A DNA stretch of 64,000 nt from an uncultured Bacteroidales bacterium (GTDB taxonomy: Bacteria > Bacteroidota > Bacteroidia > Bacteroidales > Paludibacteraceae). This document shows positions 1 through 8,244 of the stretch, in pieces (position 1 is the stretch's first letter; every line of letters begins with the position of its first letter). Position numbers and translations under genes: made by a program. Below the pieces are notes generated by a model. It ran no database searches, was not told the origin of the DNA, and saw only the letters and a program-made list of their open reading frames with translations. Where the stretch lies: contig CAIKVR010000354.1 in NCBI GenBank assembly GCA_903830915.1, positions 27,955 to 91,954 of the forward strand, in the 5' to 3' direction.

Positions 1-933
1 CTGTATCAGCAAGATTCATATAATGTAACAAAAATACTTGAAAACGAGGATCTTTCAATGCTTATCTCTCAAAATGATTTATTTATAAAAAGGATTATTA
101 AAGATTCAATACCACTAAAAAAAATATTGAACTTTAGTCAGGGAATTATTACAGGTGGGAATAGTAAATTCCTAACATTTGAGAAATCTGAGTTTACAAA
201 GAAATTACTTACCGGAAGTGATTTTAATAGATATACTTTAAATTGTACTAATCAACTGATTAATTATGATACTTCAAAGTTACATCGCCCCAGAAAAAAA
301 GAAATATTTGAAGCAAACGAAAAAATTCTTTTAAGGCAAACTAGTTCATATCCTATTTGTACATTGGATGATAAGCAATTCTACACTTTAGATACGGTAC
401 ATAATGGGATTTTGATAAATGAAGATTACTCATTGAAATATTTACTTGTTCTTTTGAATAGTAGATTTTTGAGATTCTTGTATCAATCACAAATCAATGA
501 AGAAGGTAAGGTTTTTGCACAAGTAAAAATAATTTATGTAGACCCTTTACCAATATCAAACGTTTCATTATCCGACCAACTCCCCTTTATCGCCAAAGCC
601 GACCAAATGCTTTTGTTGAATAGCGAGTTGCAGGAAGCCACGGGTAAATTCCGACGGAATTTGTTGCGTGAATTTTCATTAGAAGCTTTGTCTTCAAAGC
701 TTCTAAACTGGCACTTGCTGAGTTATGTTGAATTTATCAAAGAGTTGGAAAAGCTGAAAGTAAAACTATCTTTAAGCCAAAAAGCCGAATGGGAAAGCTA
801 TTTTCAGCAAGAAGCCGACAATGCCCGCAGCATCAAAACACAGATTGACAGCACCGACCACGAAATAGACCGAATGGTTTACCAGCTTTATGGATTGACC
901 GAAGAGGAAATTGGGATAGTGGAAAATTCATAA
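1..933 (+). CDS. 3' part of a type IIG/Eco57I-like restriction-modification enzyme (TaqI-C-like specificity domain); 5' end lies outside the window
   Basis: Frame is open from base 1. Motifs QGIITG.N, KILLRQT, YLLVLLNS..LRFLY, LPI and the C-terminal 'EIDRMVYQLYGLTEEEI.IVE' typical of TaqI_C/IIG tails. Confidence 0.8.
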   Translation: MYQQDSYNVTKILENEDLSMLISQNDLFIKRIIKDSIPLKKILNFSQGIITGGNSKFLTFEKSEFTKKLLTGSDFNRYTLNCTNQLINYDTSKLHRPRKKEIFEANEKILLRQTSSYPICTLDDKQFYTLDTVHNGILINEDYSLKYLLVLLNSRFLRFLYQSQINEEGKVFAQVKIIYVDPLPISNVSLSDQLPFIAKADQMLLLNSELQEATGKFRRNLLREFSLEALSSKLLNWHLLSYVEFIKELEKLKVKLSLSQKAEWESYFQQEADNARSIKTQIDSTDHEIDRMVYQLYGLTEEEIGIVENS

Positions 934-963
934 ACCTGATAACATGCACTTTATAATTATTGA

Positions 964-2832
964 ATGAAAGTAATCCTTAATTATCTTCCTCCGGGTCGGA
1001 TAGATCAGCCATCGTCGTCGCTATCCATACTTCAGAGCTTTTTGACCCAGAATGGGATCGAGGTAAAAACCATTTACTGGAATATATTAATGCTTCCGCT
1101 GACTTTTTATTACGAAAATAGTCACGATGTTTTTCGGAACGTATTTCCGTTTCTGGCCGATTTGGCTGAGGAATACAACGATTCGACAATTCGGAAAAAG
1201 TTAGTTTCCTATCTTCAGTCACAAAAACCATTTTTCAAAACTTCTGATAACTTTTACAGCAATTCGTTAGATGAGATTCAGAGAAATGCTCGTCAGCTAA
1301 TTCGTACTGAATTACAAAAAGAAGGAAATGAAGCCGTTCTGTACGGCATTTCAGCCCGGTTTTATCAATGGATTCCAGGAAGGATGCTGGCTAAGGCAAT
1401 CAAGCAGCTTTATCCCGCAGCTAAAATTGTGGTAGGCGGCCTGAGTAGCCACGATGCGGCAATTGCCATGCTGAAAAAGAACCCGGATTTTGATTACGCT
1501 GTATGGGGCGAGGGTGAATACCCGTTGCTCGACCTGTGCAATCATTTGGAACACAATTCAGTTTCGCTGGAAAATATCCCCAGATTGGTTTATCGGGACG
1601 GTGAAGAGCTAATTGCCAACAAACCAATGAAATCGGGTTATCTTGATTTTACCGATTATATTTTCCCCGATATCAGTGACTATTTCGAAACGCTTGCAGC
1701 CAACAAAATATCGAAAGAAAGTGTGCAGATATTGATTCATTCCGTTTGTGGCTGTCGGTGGAACAAATGTTCGTTTTGTAGTTACTCCACCGATAAGGTT
1801 TTTCGCGAACGTACAGCTGAAAATATCTTTCAGGAAATAAAAACCTGCTCTGAAAAATATGGCATCAATAACTTTTACATGGCCGACAACGAGATGGTGG
1901 GGAAAGATATTGTCCGGTTTGAGAGATTGCTCGACTTGCTGATTGATTTTAATCAGGATGCTTCCCGCGATTTCAGAATTTACGGCGAAATGATTCCTTC
2001 TTCCGGCATAACTCCGGCTATTTTCGGTAAAATGTCAAAGGCAGGTTTTAAATTCCTGTTTATCGGTTACGAGGCAGTTACAGATTCGCTGTTGAAAAAG
2101 ATGAGGAAAGAAAACAGTTTTTCCGAAAACATATACTTTGTAAAGCAGGCTTTAAAAAACAACATAAAACCTCAGGCAAATATCATTCAGGAAATACCCA
2201 ACGAGACCGACACTGATATTGTGGAAAGCACCAATAACCTGCATTATCTGCGATTCTTTTTTCACCTGAACGGCATTGAATTCAAGCATGATTTTATTAC
2301 CCTGAATTTGTACAAAGGCACGGAATACTTCCGCAAAATGCCGGACGAAGAGAAAGAAAACTACGGCATTCATGCCTTTTCTGACTTTATTCCCGCATCT
2401 TTCATCTCCAAACAGGAGCGCTGGGATTTTTTCAGTTACCGACGTAATTTCCCGCTAAACAGCACGCTTTGGTATCATTTTTTGAGTGTCGAACGTTTCT
2501 ACAGGAAAAATAAATTTACTTGCAAAGTGGTGAGGGAGGAGCAGGGCTTAGTGTTTAAGGAGTACTTCAACAACGAATTGATTAAAAACCTAAGTTTGAC
2601 TCATCCGCTGTATTTCCGCATTTTAGCGGAGACCGAAAACAGTATCATGTCTATAGCCGGTTTGCAACAAAAATTCAAGGTTGACTATCCCGAACTGACT
2701 GAAAATAAGTTGAAGGAATTCCTGAATGTGCTCAAATCGAACCACATGATTTACTGTAGTGATGATTATATGTCTATTATTTCAGTGATTTGTATGGACA
2801 TAAACGAACTCATTATCCTACCCATTCTTTAA
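964..2832 (+). CDS. B12-binding-domain radical SAM protein (RiPP-maturase-like)
   Basis: N-terminal P..QPS.SLSIL, KIVVGG and WGEGE (cobalamin-binding-like domain); GCRWNKCSFC cluster motif; FIGYEA; C-terminal winged-helix-like segment. Confidence 0.8.
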   Translation: MKVILNYLPPGRIDQPSSSLSILQSFLTQNGIEVKTIYWNILMLPLTFYYENSHDVFRNVFPFLADLAEEYNDSTIRKKLVSYLQSQKPFFKTSDNFYSNSLDEIQRNARQLIRTELQKEGNEAVLYGISARFYQWIPGRMLAKAIKQLYPAAKIVVGGLSSHDAAIAMLKKNPDFDYAVWGEGEYPLLDLCNHLEHNSVSLENIPRLVYRDGEELIANKPMKSGYLDFTDYIFPDISDYFETLAANKISKESVQILIHSVCGCRWNKCSFCSYSTDKVFRERTAENIFQEIKTCSEKYGINNFYMADNEMVGKDIVRFERLLDLLIDFNQDASRDFRIYGEMIPSSGITPAIFGKMSKAGFKFLFIGYEAVTDSLLKKMRKENSFSENIYFVKQALKNNIKPQANIIQEIPNETDTDIVESTNNLHYLRFFFHLNGIEFKHDFITLNLYKGTEYFRKMPDEEKENYGIHAFSDFIPASFISKQERWDFFSYRRNFPLNSTLWYHFLSVERFYRKNKFTCKVVREEQGLVFKEYFNNELIKNLSLTHPLYFRILAETENSIMSIAGLQQKFKVDYPELTENKLKEFLNVLKSNHMIYCSDDYMSIISVICMDINELIILPIL

Positions 2833-3915
2833 TGCCCTATTCATGGTGCTGACTGAACCAAAGCCGGCAAGATGATATAACTCTTCCTTTGTTACTCTCG
2901 GATTATTTTCAATATATTCATTCACATATTTCACCCGATACTGATTAATAAAAGTGTTGAAATTCACTCCGTATTGTTGATTGATCAAAGTAGATAAATA
3001 CGTTCTGTTTGTTCCCAACTCTTTACTGACAGAGGTTAAACTAATATCCGGCTGAAGAAATGCCTGTTTAATTTCCATGTAATCTGTCAGTTTTCGAATC
3101 AGTATTTCATCCTTAATCTCTGTCAGGTCAGGTTGAGGAGTCATAGCTACATCTATTTCATCCAGATTTATTTCTATTCGCTGCTGTTTTAGTGCTAAAA
3201 TTCCCAACCGGCAAACATAAGCTGAAAAAATAAAGAAGATACCGATTATTAAAGGGAAATAATGACCAATAAGTGGTAAAAAAGCATACAGTAGGAAGCC
3301 ACCAGCTACAATTAGTGCAAAACTCAGCAAATACTTATTAATCCAATCCAACGAAAAACTATCAATATTGGAGAATTCATTTTGTAATTTTTCATCGTAT
3401 TCTTTAGGAATCCGGAAAAAAGCCATTGAATACAGTACGCCCTGTAAAGCTATTAAAATAAGATGAACATAGCGCGAAACCTTAAGAACAAAAAATTTAT
3501 ACTCCACAAAATTGACTCCTTGCCTGTTGTTTTTAAGAAAATAAAGCATATCATCTTTATTGGTATAAATGTAGAAAATATACGAAGCAACCAGAAACAT
3601 TAGGGCAGCAGGCAGGAAATGCAATAGTTGTGAGGCGATTTTTTCTTTCGGAAAAACGATAGATTTTATATACAAATAAATCAGTGGGAAAATCAAATAC
3701 TGAATAGCAGCATTATAACTGTGAAGTGGATAATACAGCGAATAATCTTGCTGTAGATATAAATAGTTAAAAATAAATATCAACGATGTATTGAGTAATG
3801 CAAATGCCATTATCTTGCGCGAAGTATCATTCTTCGAATCCATAAATAAGGCAACTGACAATACCAATGGAAATAGAAAAGTAGCAATTAACAGAATCAG
3901 TTTGACGTGTTCCAT
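2818..3915 (-). CDS. Membrane-anchored AraC-family transcriptional regulator
   Basis: About 7 hydrophobic helices, then FLQPDISL..VSKELGTNRTYLS..IN...NFNTFIN.YRV...GFGS.STMNR. Confidence 0.9.
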   Translation of the reverse strand: MEHVKLILLIATFLFPLVLSVALFMDSKNDTSRKIMAFALLNTSLIFIFNYLYLQQDYSLYYPLHSYNAAIQYLIFPLIYLYIKSIVFPKEKIASQLLHFLPAALMFLVASYIFYIYTNKDDMLYFLKNNRQGVNFVEYKFFVLKVSRYVHLILIALQGVLYSMAFFRIPKEYDEKLQNEFSNIDSFSLDWINKYLLSFALIVAGGFLLYAFLPLIGHYFPLIIGIFFIFSAYVCRLGILALKQQRIEINLDEIDVAMTPQPDLTEIKDEILIRKLTDYMEIKQAFLQPDISLTSVSKELGTNRTYLSTLINQQYGVNFNTFINQYRVKYVNEYIENNPRVTKEELYHLAGFGSVSTMNRALKNG

Positions 3916-3968
3916 TTTGAAAAATATTTGTAATACTATAGTTAAAGCAATCGGTTTTGTGGCATTTT

Positions 3969-4032
3969 GTACGATTTGACCTATATTTCGTACGATTTGG
4001 AGTTTAAAAATAAACTCATTATTTTATTTTTG
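3969..4032 (+). promoter_or_regulatory. Tandem direct repeat GTACGATTTG (21-bp spacing) upstream of a TATTTTTG -7 element; candidate AraC-activated promoter
   Basis: GTACGATTTG at 3969-3978 and 3990-3999; Bacteroidetes TAnnTTTG motif at 4025-4032; divergent from the AraC gene. Confidence 0.45.
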
Positions 4033-4104
4033 TCAACAATCATTCAGAAATGATTATGTTCTTTGAAATTTTGAAAATAACAGTTTATTTTCTGAAACTA
4101 CATA

Positions 4105-4809
4105 TTAGTATTCGCCAGCTTCCACCGCCAAAGCTACCAACTCAGCCGTATTGTTTACAGCAGTTTTTAGTATCAGGTTATTACGATGCTTCTTAGCAGT
4201 TTGCAAACTAATGAATAGTTCCATTGAAATTTCCTTATCGGTTTTACCTTTGGCAATCAGGTGCAATATTTCCTTCTCGCGGGCGGTAAGTGTGCTTAAT
4301 TTCAGTGCATATTTTAGTTGACTTATTTCTTTAAGTGCGGCGTTTAACTGATTATGGGTGTGCATGGTATCGGTTACTTCAACAGCTATAACCAGGGCTT
4401 GTTTTGGTGAACCGTTTTCAAATGTTTTAATAGTACACCCATGATCATAAAACCATTTATATTCCAGTTTATTTTTGAAACGCAACCGTTGCATGGAAAC
4501 TAAATACGATTGATGATATGAAGCTTCCACCGTTGTTGGTATTATTTCCATATCATCGGGATGAATAATCTTAGAAAAAAAAAGGTTTCCCATTTCATCT
4601 ATTTCTTGGCGGGTAAAGCCAATCATATCATGTCCGAACTGATTGAGATACAAATTTTTAAGAGAAGTTGGATCATCTGGTCGCTCCAATTCATTGATAT
4701 AAACCAATGCCGGAATATTATCTAATATATTTCTAAGGAAGTTAAGTTCATTTTCTTGGCTAAAATCTGAACTTTTTGATTGTATATCTTGCATTCTATG
4801 GAAATTCAT
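4105..4809 (-). CDS. PAS-domain LuxR/NarL-family transcriptional regulator
   Basis: IIHPDD PAS motif; LTAREKEILHLIAKGKTDKEIS.ELFIS.QTAKKHRNNL LuxR helix-turn-helix. Confidence 0.9.
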   Translation of the reverse strand: MNFHRMQDIQSKSSDFSQENELNFLRNILDNIPALVYINELERPDDPTSLKNLYLNQFGHDMIGFTRQEIDEMGNLFFSKIIHPDDMEIIPTTVEASYHQSYLVSMQRLRFKNKLEYKWFYDHGCTIKTFENGSPKQALVIAVEVTDTMHTHNQLNAALKEISQLKYALKLSTLTAREKEILHLIAKGKTDKEISMELFISLQTAKKHRNNLILKTAVNNTAELVALAVEAGEY

Positions 4810-4821
4810 TAATTATTCATG

Positions 4822-4843
4822 CAAAAATACTACTAAAGTGGTA
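4822..4843 (-). promoter_or_regulatory. luxR promoter (-7 element TATTTTTG) with an abutting NarL-like 7-2-7 inverted repeat
   Basis: TACTACT-AA-AGTGGTA at 4828-4843; minus-strand TATTTTTG at 4829-4822, 13 nt before the ATG. Confidence 0.5.
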
Positions 4844-4959
4844 TTGTACACGAATTCTAATGCTGTTATTTTTGAAGTGATTACAATTTTTTTTAATTAA
4901 TCACATTTTCGGACCAGAAATCGCATTAAAAAATGCTTTCTGATTAAATTTTGATTAAG

Positions 4960-5190
4960 AAACGACCGAAATCCGACCGAAAATGATCGAAATCGGACAA
5001 CATTCGACAGTAACTCAACGGGGTTCGACCGTAATCGGACGAAAAACGATAGAAACCCGTCAAGTTTCGACCGTAATCGGACGGAAAACGATAATAATCG
5101 ATCCGAATTCGATAATAATCGAACGAGAAATGATAGAAACCCGATGAGAAATGACAGAAACCCGACAAGTTACGACCATAATCGGACGAA
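4960..5190. repeat. Degenerate tandem array, 11 x 21 bp
   Basis: Units include aaacgaccgaaatccgaccga, gttcgaccgtaatcggacgaa, tttcgaccgtaatcggacgga and ttacgaccataatcggacgaa; no indels between units. Confidence 0.9.
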
Positions 5191-5366
5191 AACTGTGGAT
5201 TGCGTAAGGAAAGTAAACCGCCCCAAAATATCTCCTTTCGGTCGCTGACCGTTGGTTCCCCTAAAAAGGACTTGAAGCACGCTAAAAGCGGGATGGGCTT
5301 TGGGCAAACAACAAAAAGACAACTTAATATATCTCAATTTACGAACCAATAAAAAACAAAAAAACA

Positions 5367-5984
5367 ATGAAAAAAGAAACAGTTGTATTTGATTTTCTGA
5401 AATTTAAAGTGACAGAAAAAGTAGAATGTGGAAACAATGTGATTGAAAAATTGACTGACAATCCTAAGTTTACAACACCCGATGTGGCATTGGCCGATTT
5501 GAAAGCCAAAAATGATTTGCTTCAAAGTCGTAGCATAGCTGCACTGAGCGGAGGAAAAGAAGCAACCATCTTGCTGCACCAAACCGAAGAAGAGTGGAAT
5601 GAACTGATGCGCAAGGAAGCGAAGTTTGTAGACCGTATTGCCGATGGCGATGGTGCAGTGATTGTGAGCGGAGGTTTCAGTCTGGCAAAACAACCTGCCC
5701 CACGCACCCATGTGGAATTCAGTGTGGAGCTGGGCGACAAATCTAGTTCGGTTACACTGCGCCATCAGGCGGTAGAAGGTGCTAAGTCGTATATTTGGCA
5801 ATATTGCGCAGGCGATATGCCGGCTATCGAAGAAAGCGGATGGACGCTCGGACAAGTAACTACCAAATCAAGCGTAGTATTGGCAGGGCTTGCTCCCATG
5901 ACCAAATACTGGTTTCGTGTGGCAGCAGTTACAGCATCAGGCACATCTACATTCAGCACACCCATTATGCAGGTGGTGATTTAA
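5367..5984 (+). CDS. Hypothetical protein: N-terminal helical region plus C-terminal fibronectin type III domain; no signal peptide
   Basis: GAKSYIWQY...W.....T.KSS..LAGL.P.TKYWFRVAAV is an FN3 signature. Confidence 0.75.
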   Translation: MKKETVVFDFLKFKVTEKVECGNNVIEKLTDNPKFTTPDVALADLKAKNDLLQSRSIAALSGGKEATILLHQTEEEWNELMRKEAKFVDRIADGDGAVIVSGGFSLAKQPAPRTHVEFSVELGDKSSSVTLRHQAVEGAKSYIWQYCAGDMPAIEESGWTLGQVTTKSSVVLAGLAPMTKYWFRVAAVTASGTSTFSTPIMQVVI

Positions 5985-5996
5985 ATTCATTATTCC

Positions 5997-6024
5997 GTAG
6001 AGACGTTGCATGCAACGTCTCTAC
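5997..6024. repeat. 28-bp perfect GTAG-type palindrome (REP-like), copy 1
   Basis: gtagagacgttgca|tgcaacgtctctac. Confidence 0.9.
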
Positions 6025-6076
6025 AAAAAACAACAAATTAAACAATCATTTTTAATACAAAAAAATAAAATCAATT

Positions 6077-7099
6077 ATGAAACGAACAATCTTCTTTTTA
6101 TTTTTCGGAATGCTTGTACTTAACGCACAAGCAAAAATTTGGCGGGTAAATAATACTCCGAGTAAGAGTGCTGATTTCTCAGATATTAGCACTGCAATTA
6201 GCACTGCAAGTGCTGGTGACACCTTGTATATTGAAGGAAGTTCAATAGTATATTCTTCAGAAAATGTGAACATTACGAAATCATTATGCTTAATTGGCCC
6301 TGGTTATTTTCTTGAGAAAAATGATTCAACATTATATTCAAAAAGTAATGCGACATTTAATAGTAACGTGACAATAGAAACAACTGCTCCTAATACAACA
6401 TTACAAGGGTTGAATATAATTTATACGTTAAATGTACTTGCAAACAATGTGATAATAGAAAGAAATTTACTCAATATAGTAGACTTTGGACTGGGAGTAG
6501 TTTCAAATACAGTCATTCAAAATAATTATATTACTGGAAGGATTGGCACATTTACACCAAGTGATTATCCGAGTTTATATAATTTGACAATTTCGAATAA
6601 TATAATAAACGTTTATATATGTACTATGAAAGGTAACTCAGTAATTGAAAACAACACAATATTATCTAATGGTATTTATACTATTCAGTATTGGCCTCAA
6701 TATGAACCTATGGAAAATCTTTCAATTATTGCGGTCAATTCTATCATTTCAAATAATTTGTGTAAAGGTATTATATACACGGGTAGAGTTACAAGAAGTT
6801 ATGGTGTAAAGGATGATGCATCAAATTCTATTATAAAAAACACGGTAAATCTTGGAAATAACTTTACTAGTCAATTTTTGGGTGGTTCTATCGATGATAA
6901 GTATTATATGCTTAGCCCAACTTCCACAGCCATAGGCGCAGGAACAGGTGGGGTTGACTGTGGTGCTTTTGGAGGAAGTGATCCTTATGTACTTTCGGGT
7001 TTACCTGCCATTCCTCATATATACGATATAGTAGCTCCAACAAGTGGCTCTGCTACCAGTGGGTTGGCGGTAAAGGTAAAAGTGAAAACTCAGAAATAA
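6077..7099 (+). CDS. Secreted right-handed beta-helix protein (no T9SS CTD)
   Basis: Signal peptide; 'AI.TASAGDTLYIEGS' start; I.NN.I repeats; C-terminal 'SPT.TAIGAG..GVDCGAFGG'. Confidence 0.75.
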   Translation: MKRTIFFLFFGMLVLNAQAKIWRVNNTPSKSADFSDISTAISTASAGDTLYIEGSSIVYSSENVNITKSLCLIGPGYFLEKNDSTLYSKSNATFNSNVTIETTAPNTTLQGLNIIYTLNVLANNVIIERNLLNIVDFGLGVVSNTVIQNNYITGRIGTFTPSDYPSLYNLTISNNIINVYICTMKGNSVIENNTILSNGIYTIQYWPQYEPMENLSIIAVNSIISNNLCKGIIYTGRVTRSYGVKDDASNSIIKNTVNLGNNFTSQFLGGSIDDKYYMLSPTSTAIGAGTGGVDCGAFGGSDPYVLSGLPAIPHIYDIVAPTSGSATSGLAVKVKVKTQK

Positions 7100-7108
7100 A
7101 CAAGTAGT

Positions 7109-8080
7109 ATGAAACGATATTTATTACTACTACTTAGTCTATGTCAACTTGTGCTGTTTGCACAGGGATATTCCCGCGTGGAATATTTTGTTGACACCGA
7201 CCCTGGCATTGGCAGTGCCACTACTGCACCATTGCCAATTGGTGATAGTACACAGTTTGTAACCAACATTTCAGCCGTTGGTAGCGGATTGCATACCTTG
7301 TATATTCGTGTACAAGACGATAAAGGTCATTGGTCGCAAACCATCAATCGTCCATTTATGAAACAAGCCGTGCCGCGCGATGCCACCATAACCATTGCCA
7401 AAGCCGAATACTTTGTGGATACCGACCCAGGATTTGGTAAAGCAACCAACATTCCAAGCATTTCGGGCGAAACCATTGATGCAACGGTTGATTTGTCAAC
7501 TATTACGAGTGGACTTCACAGTTTGTATATCCGAACACTCGACACACAAGGTCATTGGTCACAGACCATCAGTCGTCCGTTTATGAAAAGCAATCTGACA
7601 AGTTCTAATCCTAATATTGTAGCCGCAGAATATTTTATCGATGCAGTTGGAGATGTTGGAAAAGGAAAAGCAGTTAGTGTTTCCCCACAATCGAGCAGTG
7701 TGATTATCGATGTGTTAGCCGATTTAAAAGATTTAACAGCTGGCAATCATACGTTTTACGTAAGGGTGCAAGACAGTAACGGACAATGGAGTATGATTCA
7801 GAAAGTAGATTTTCAGGTAACTATCAATACAGCAGTTATCAGCTTGTCGGATAATGAAAAACTAATCCTTTATCCAAACCCAACAACAGAAAGTTTCCGC
7901 TTAAAAGGTATTGAAAGTAAAGCAACTCTCACTCTTTATAGTCTAAAAGGAGAAGCACTGCTTACAAAACAATTTACTGATAACGAACCAATTTCAGTAA
8001 GTTCATTACCAAAAGGAATTTATACATTAAAGATACAAACTACCACAGGGGTAGTAGAAAAGAAATTAGTGAAAAACTAA
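7109..8080 (+). CDS. T9SS-secreted protein with three 'EYF.DTDPG.G' Ig-like repeats
   Basis: Signal peptide; 3 repeats EYFVDTDPG...GLH.LYIR..D..G.WS; CTD YPNP...KGIY.LKI...KKLVKN. Confidence 0.85.
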   Translation: MKRYLLLLLSLCQLVLFAQGYSRVEYFVDTDPGIGSATTAPLPIGDSTQFVTNISAVGSGLHTLYIRVQDDKGHWSQTINRPFMKQAVPRDATITIAKAEYFVDTDPGFGKATNIPSISGETIDATVDLSTITSGLHSLYIRTLDTQGHWSQTISRPFMKSNLTSSNPNIVAAEYFIDAVGDVGKGKAVSVSPQSSSVIIDVLADLKDLTAGNHTFYVRVQDSNGQWSMIQKVDFQVTINTAVISLSDNEKLILYPNPTTESFRLKGIESKATLTLYSLKGEALLTKQFTDNEPISVSSLPKGIYTLKIQTTTGVVEKKLVKN

Positions 8081-8112
8081 TGTGTTTGTTTACAAAATGA
8101 TGATTGTTTGCC

Positions 8113-8140
8113 GTAGAGACGCGATGCATCGCGTCTCTAC
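8113..8140. repeat. 28-bp perfect GTAG-type palindrome, copy 2
   Basis: gtagagacgcgatg|catcgcgtctctac. Confidence 0.9.
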
Positions 8141-8175
8141 AAAACAAACAAAAATAAAACGGAACAACCCACCAA

Positions 8176-8221
8176 TCCGAAATATGGTAGGGAGCGGAAA
8201 CCGAAAAGCTTGAGAGTAGGC
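8176..8221 (+). promoter_or_regulatory. Candidate structured 5'-leader RNA (twin CCGAA...GTAGG hairpins), copy 1
   Basis: tccgaaatatggtagggagcggaaaccgaaaagcttgagagtaggc, ending 23 nt before the ATG; near-identical copy at 17851-17897. Confidence 0.5.
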
Positions 8222-8244
8222 AAAAAATAAAAACAACAAAAAAT

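Noticed and set aside
4960-5190. CRISPR array
   Set aside because: Units are contiguous and degenerate with no unique spacers, and no cas genes are in the window.
8176-8221. 5S rRNA fragment or hammerhead ribozyme
   Set aside because: Shares only short words (CCGAA, GAGAGTAGG) with 5S rRNA, and lacks the CUGAUGA hammerhead core.
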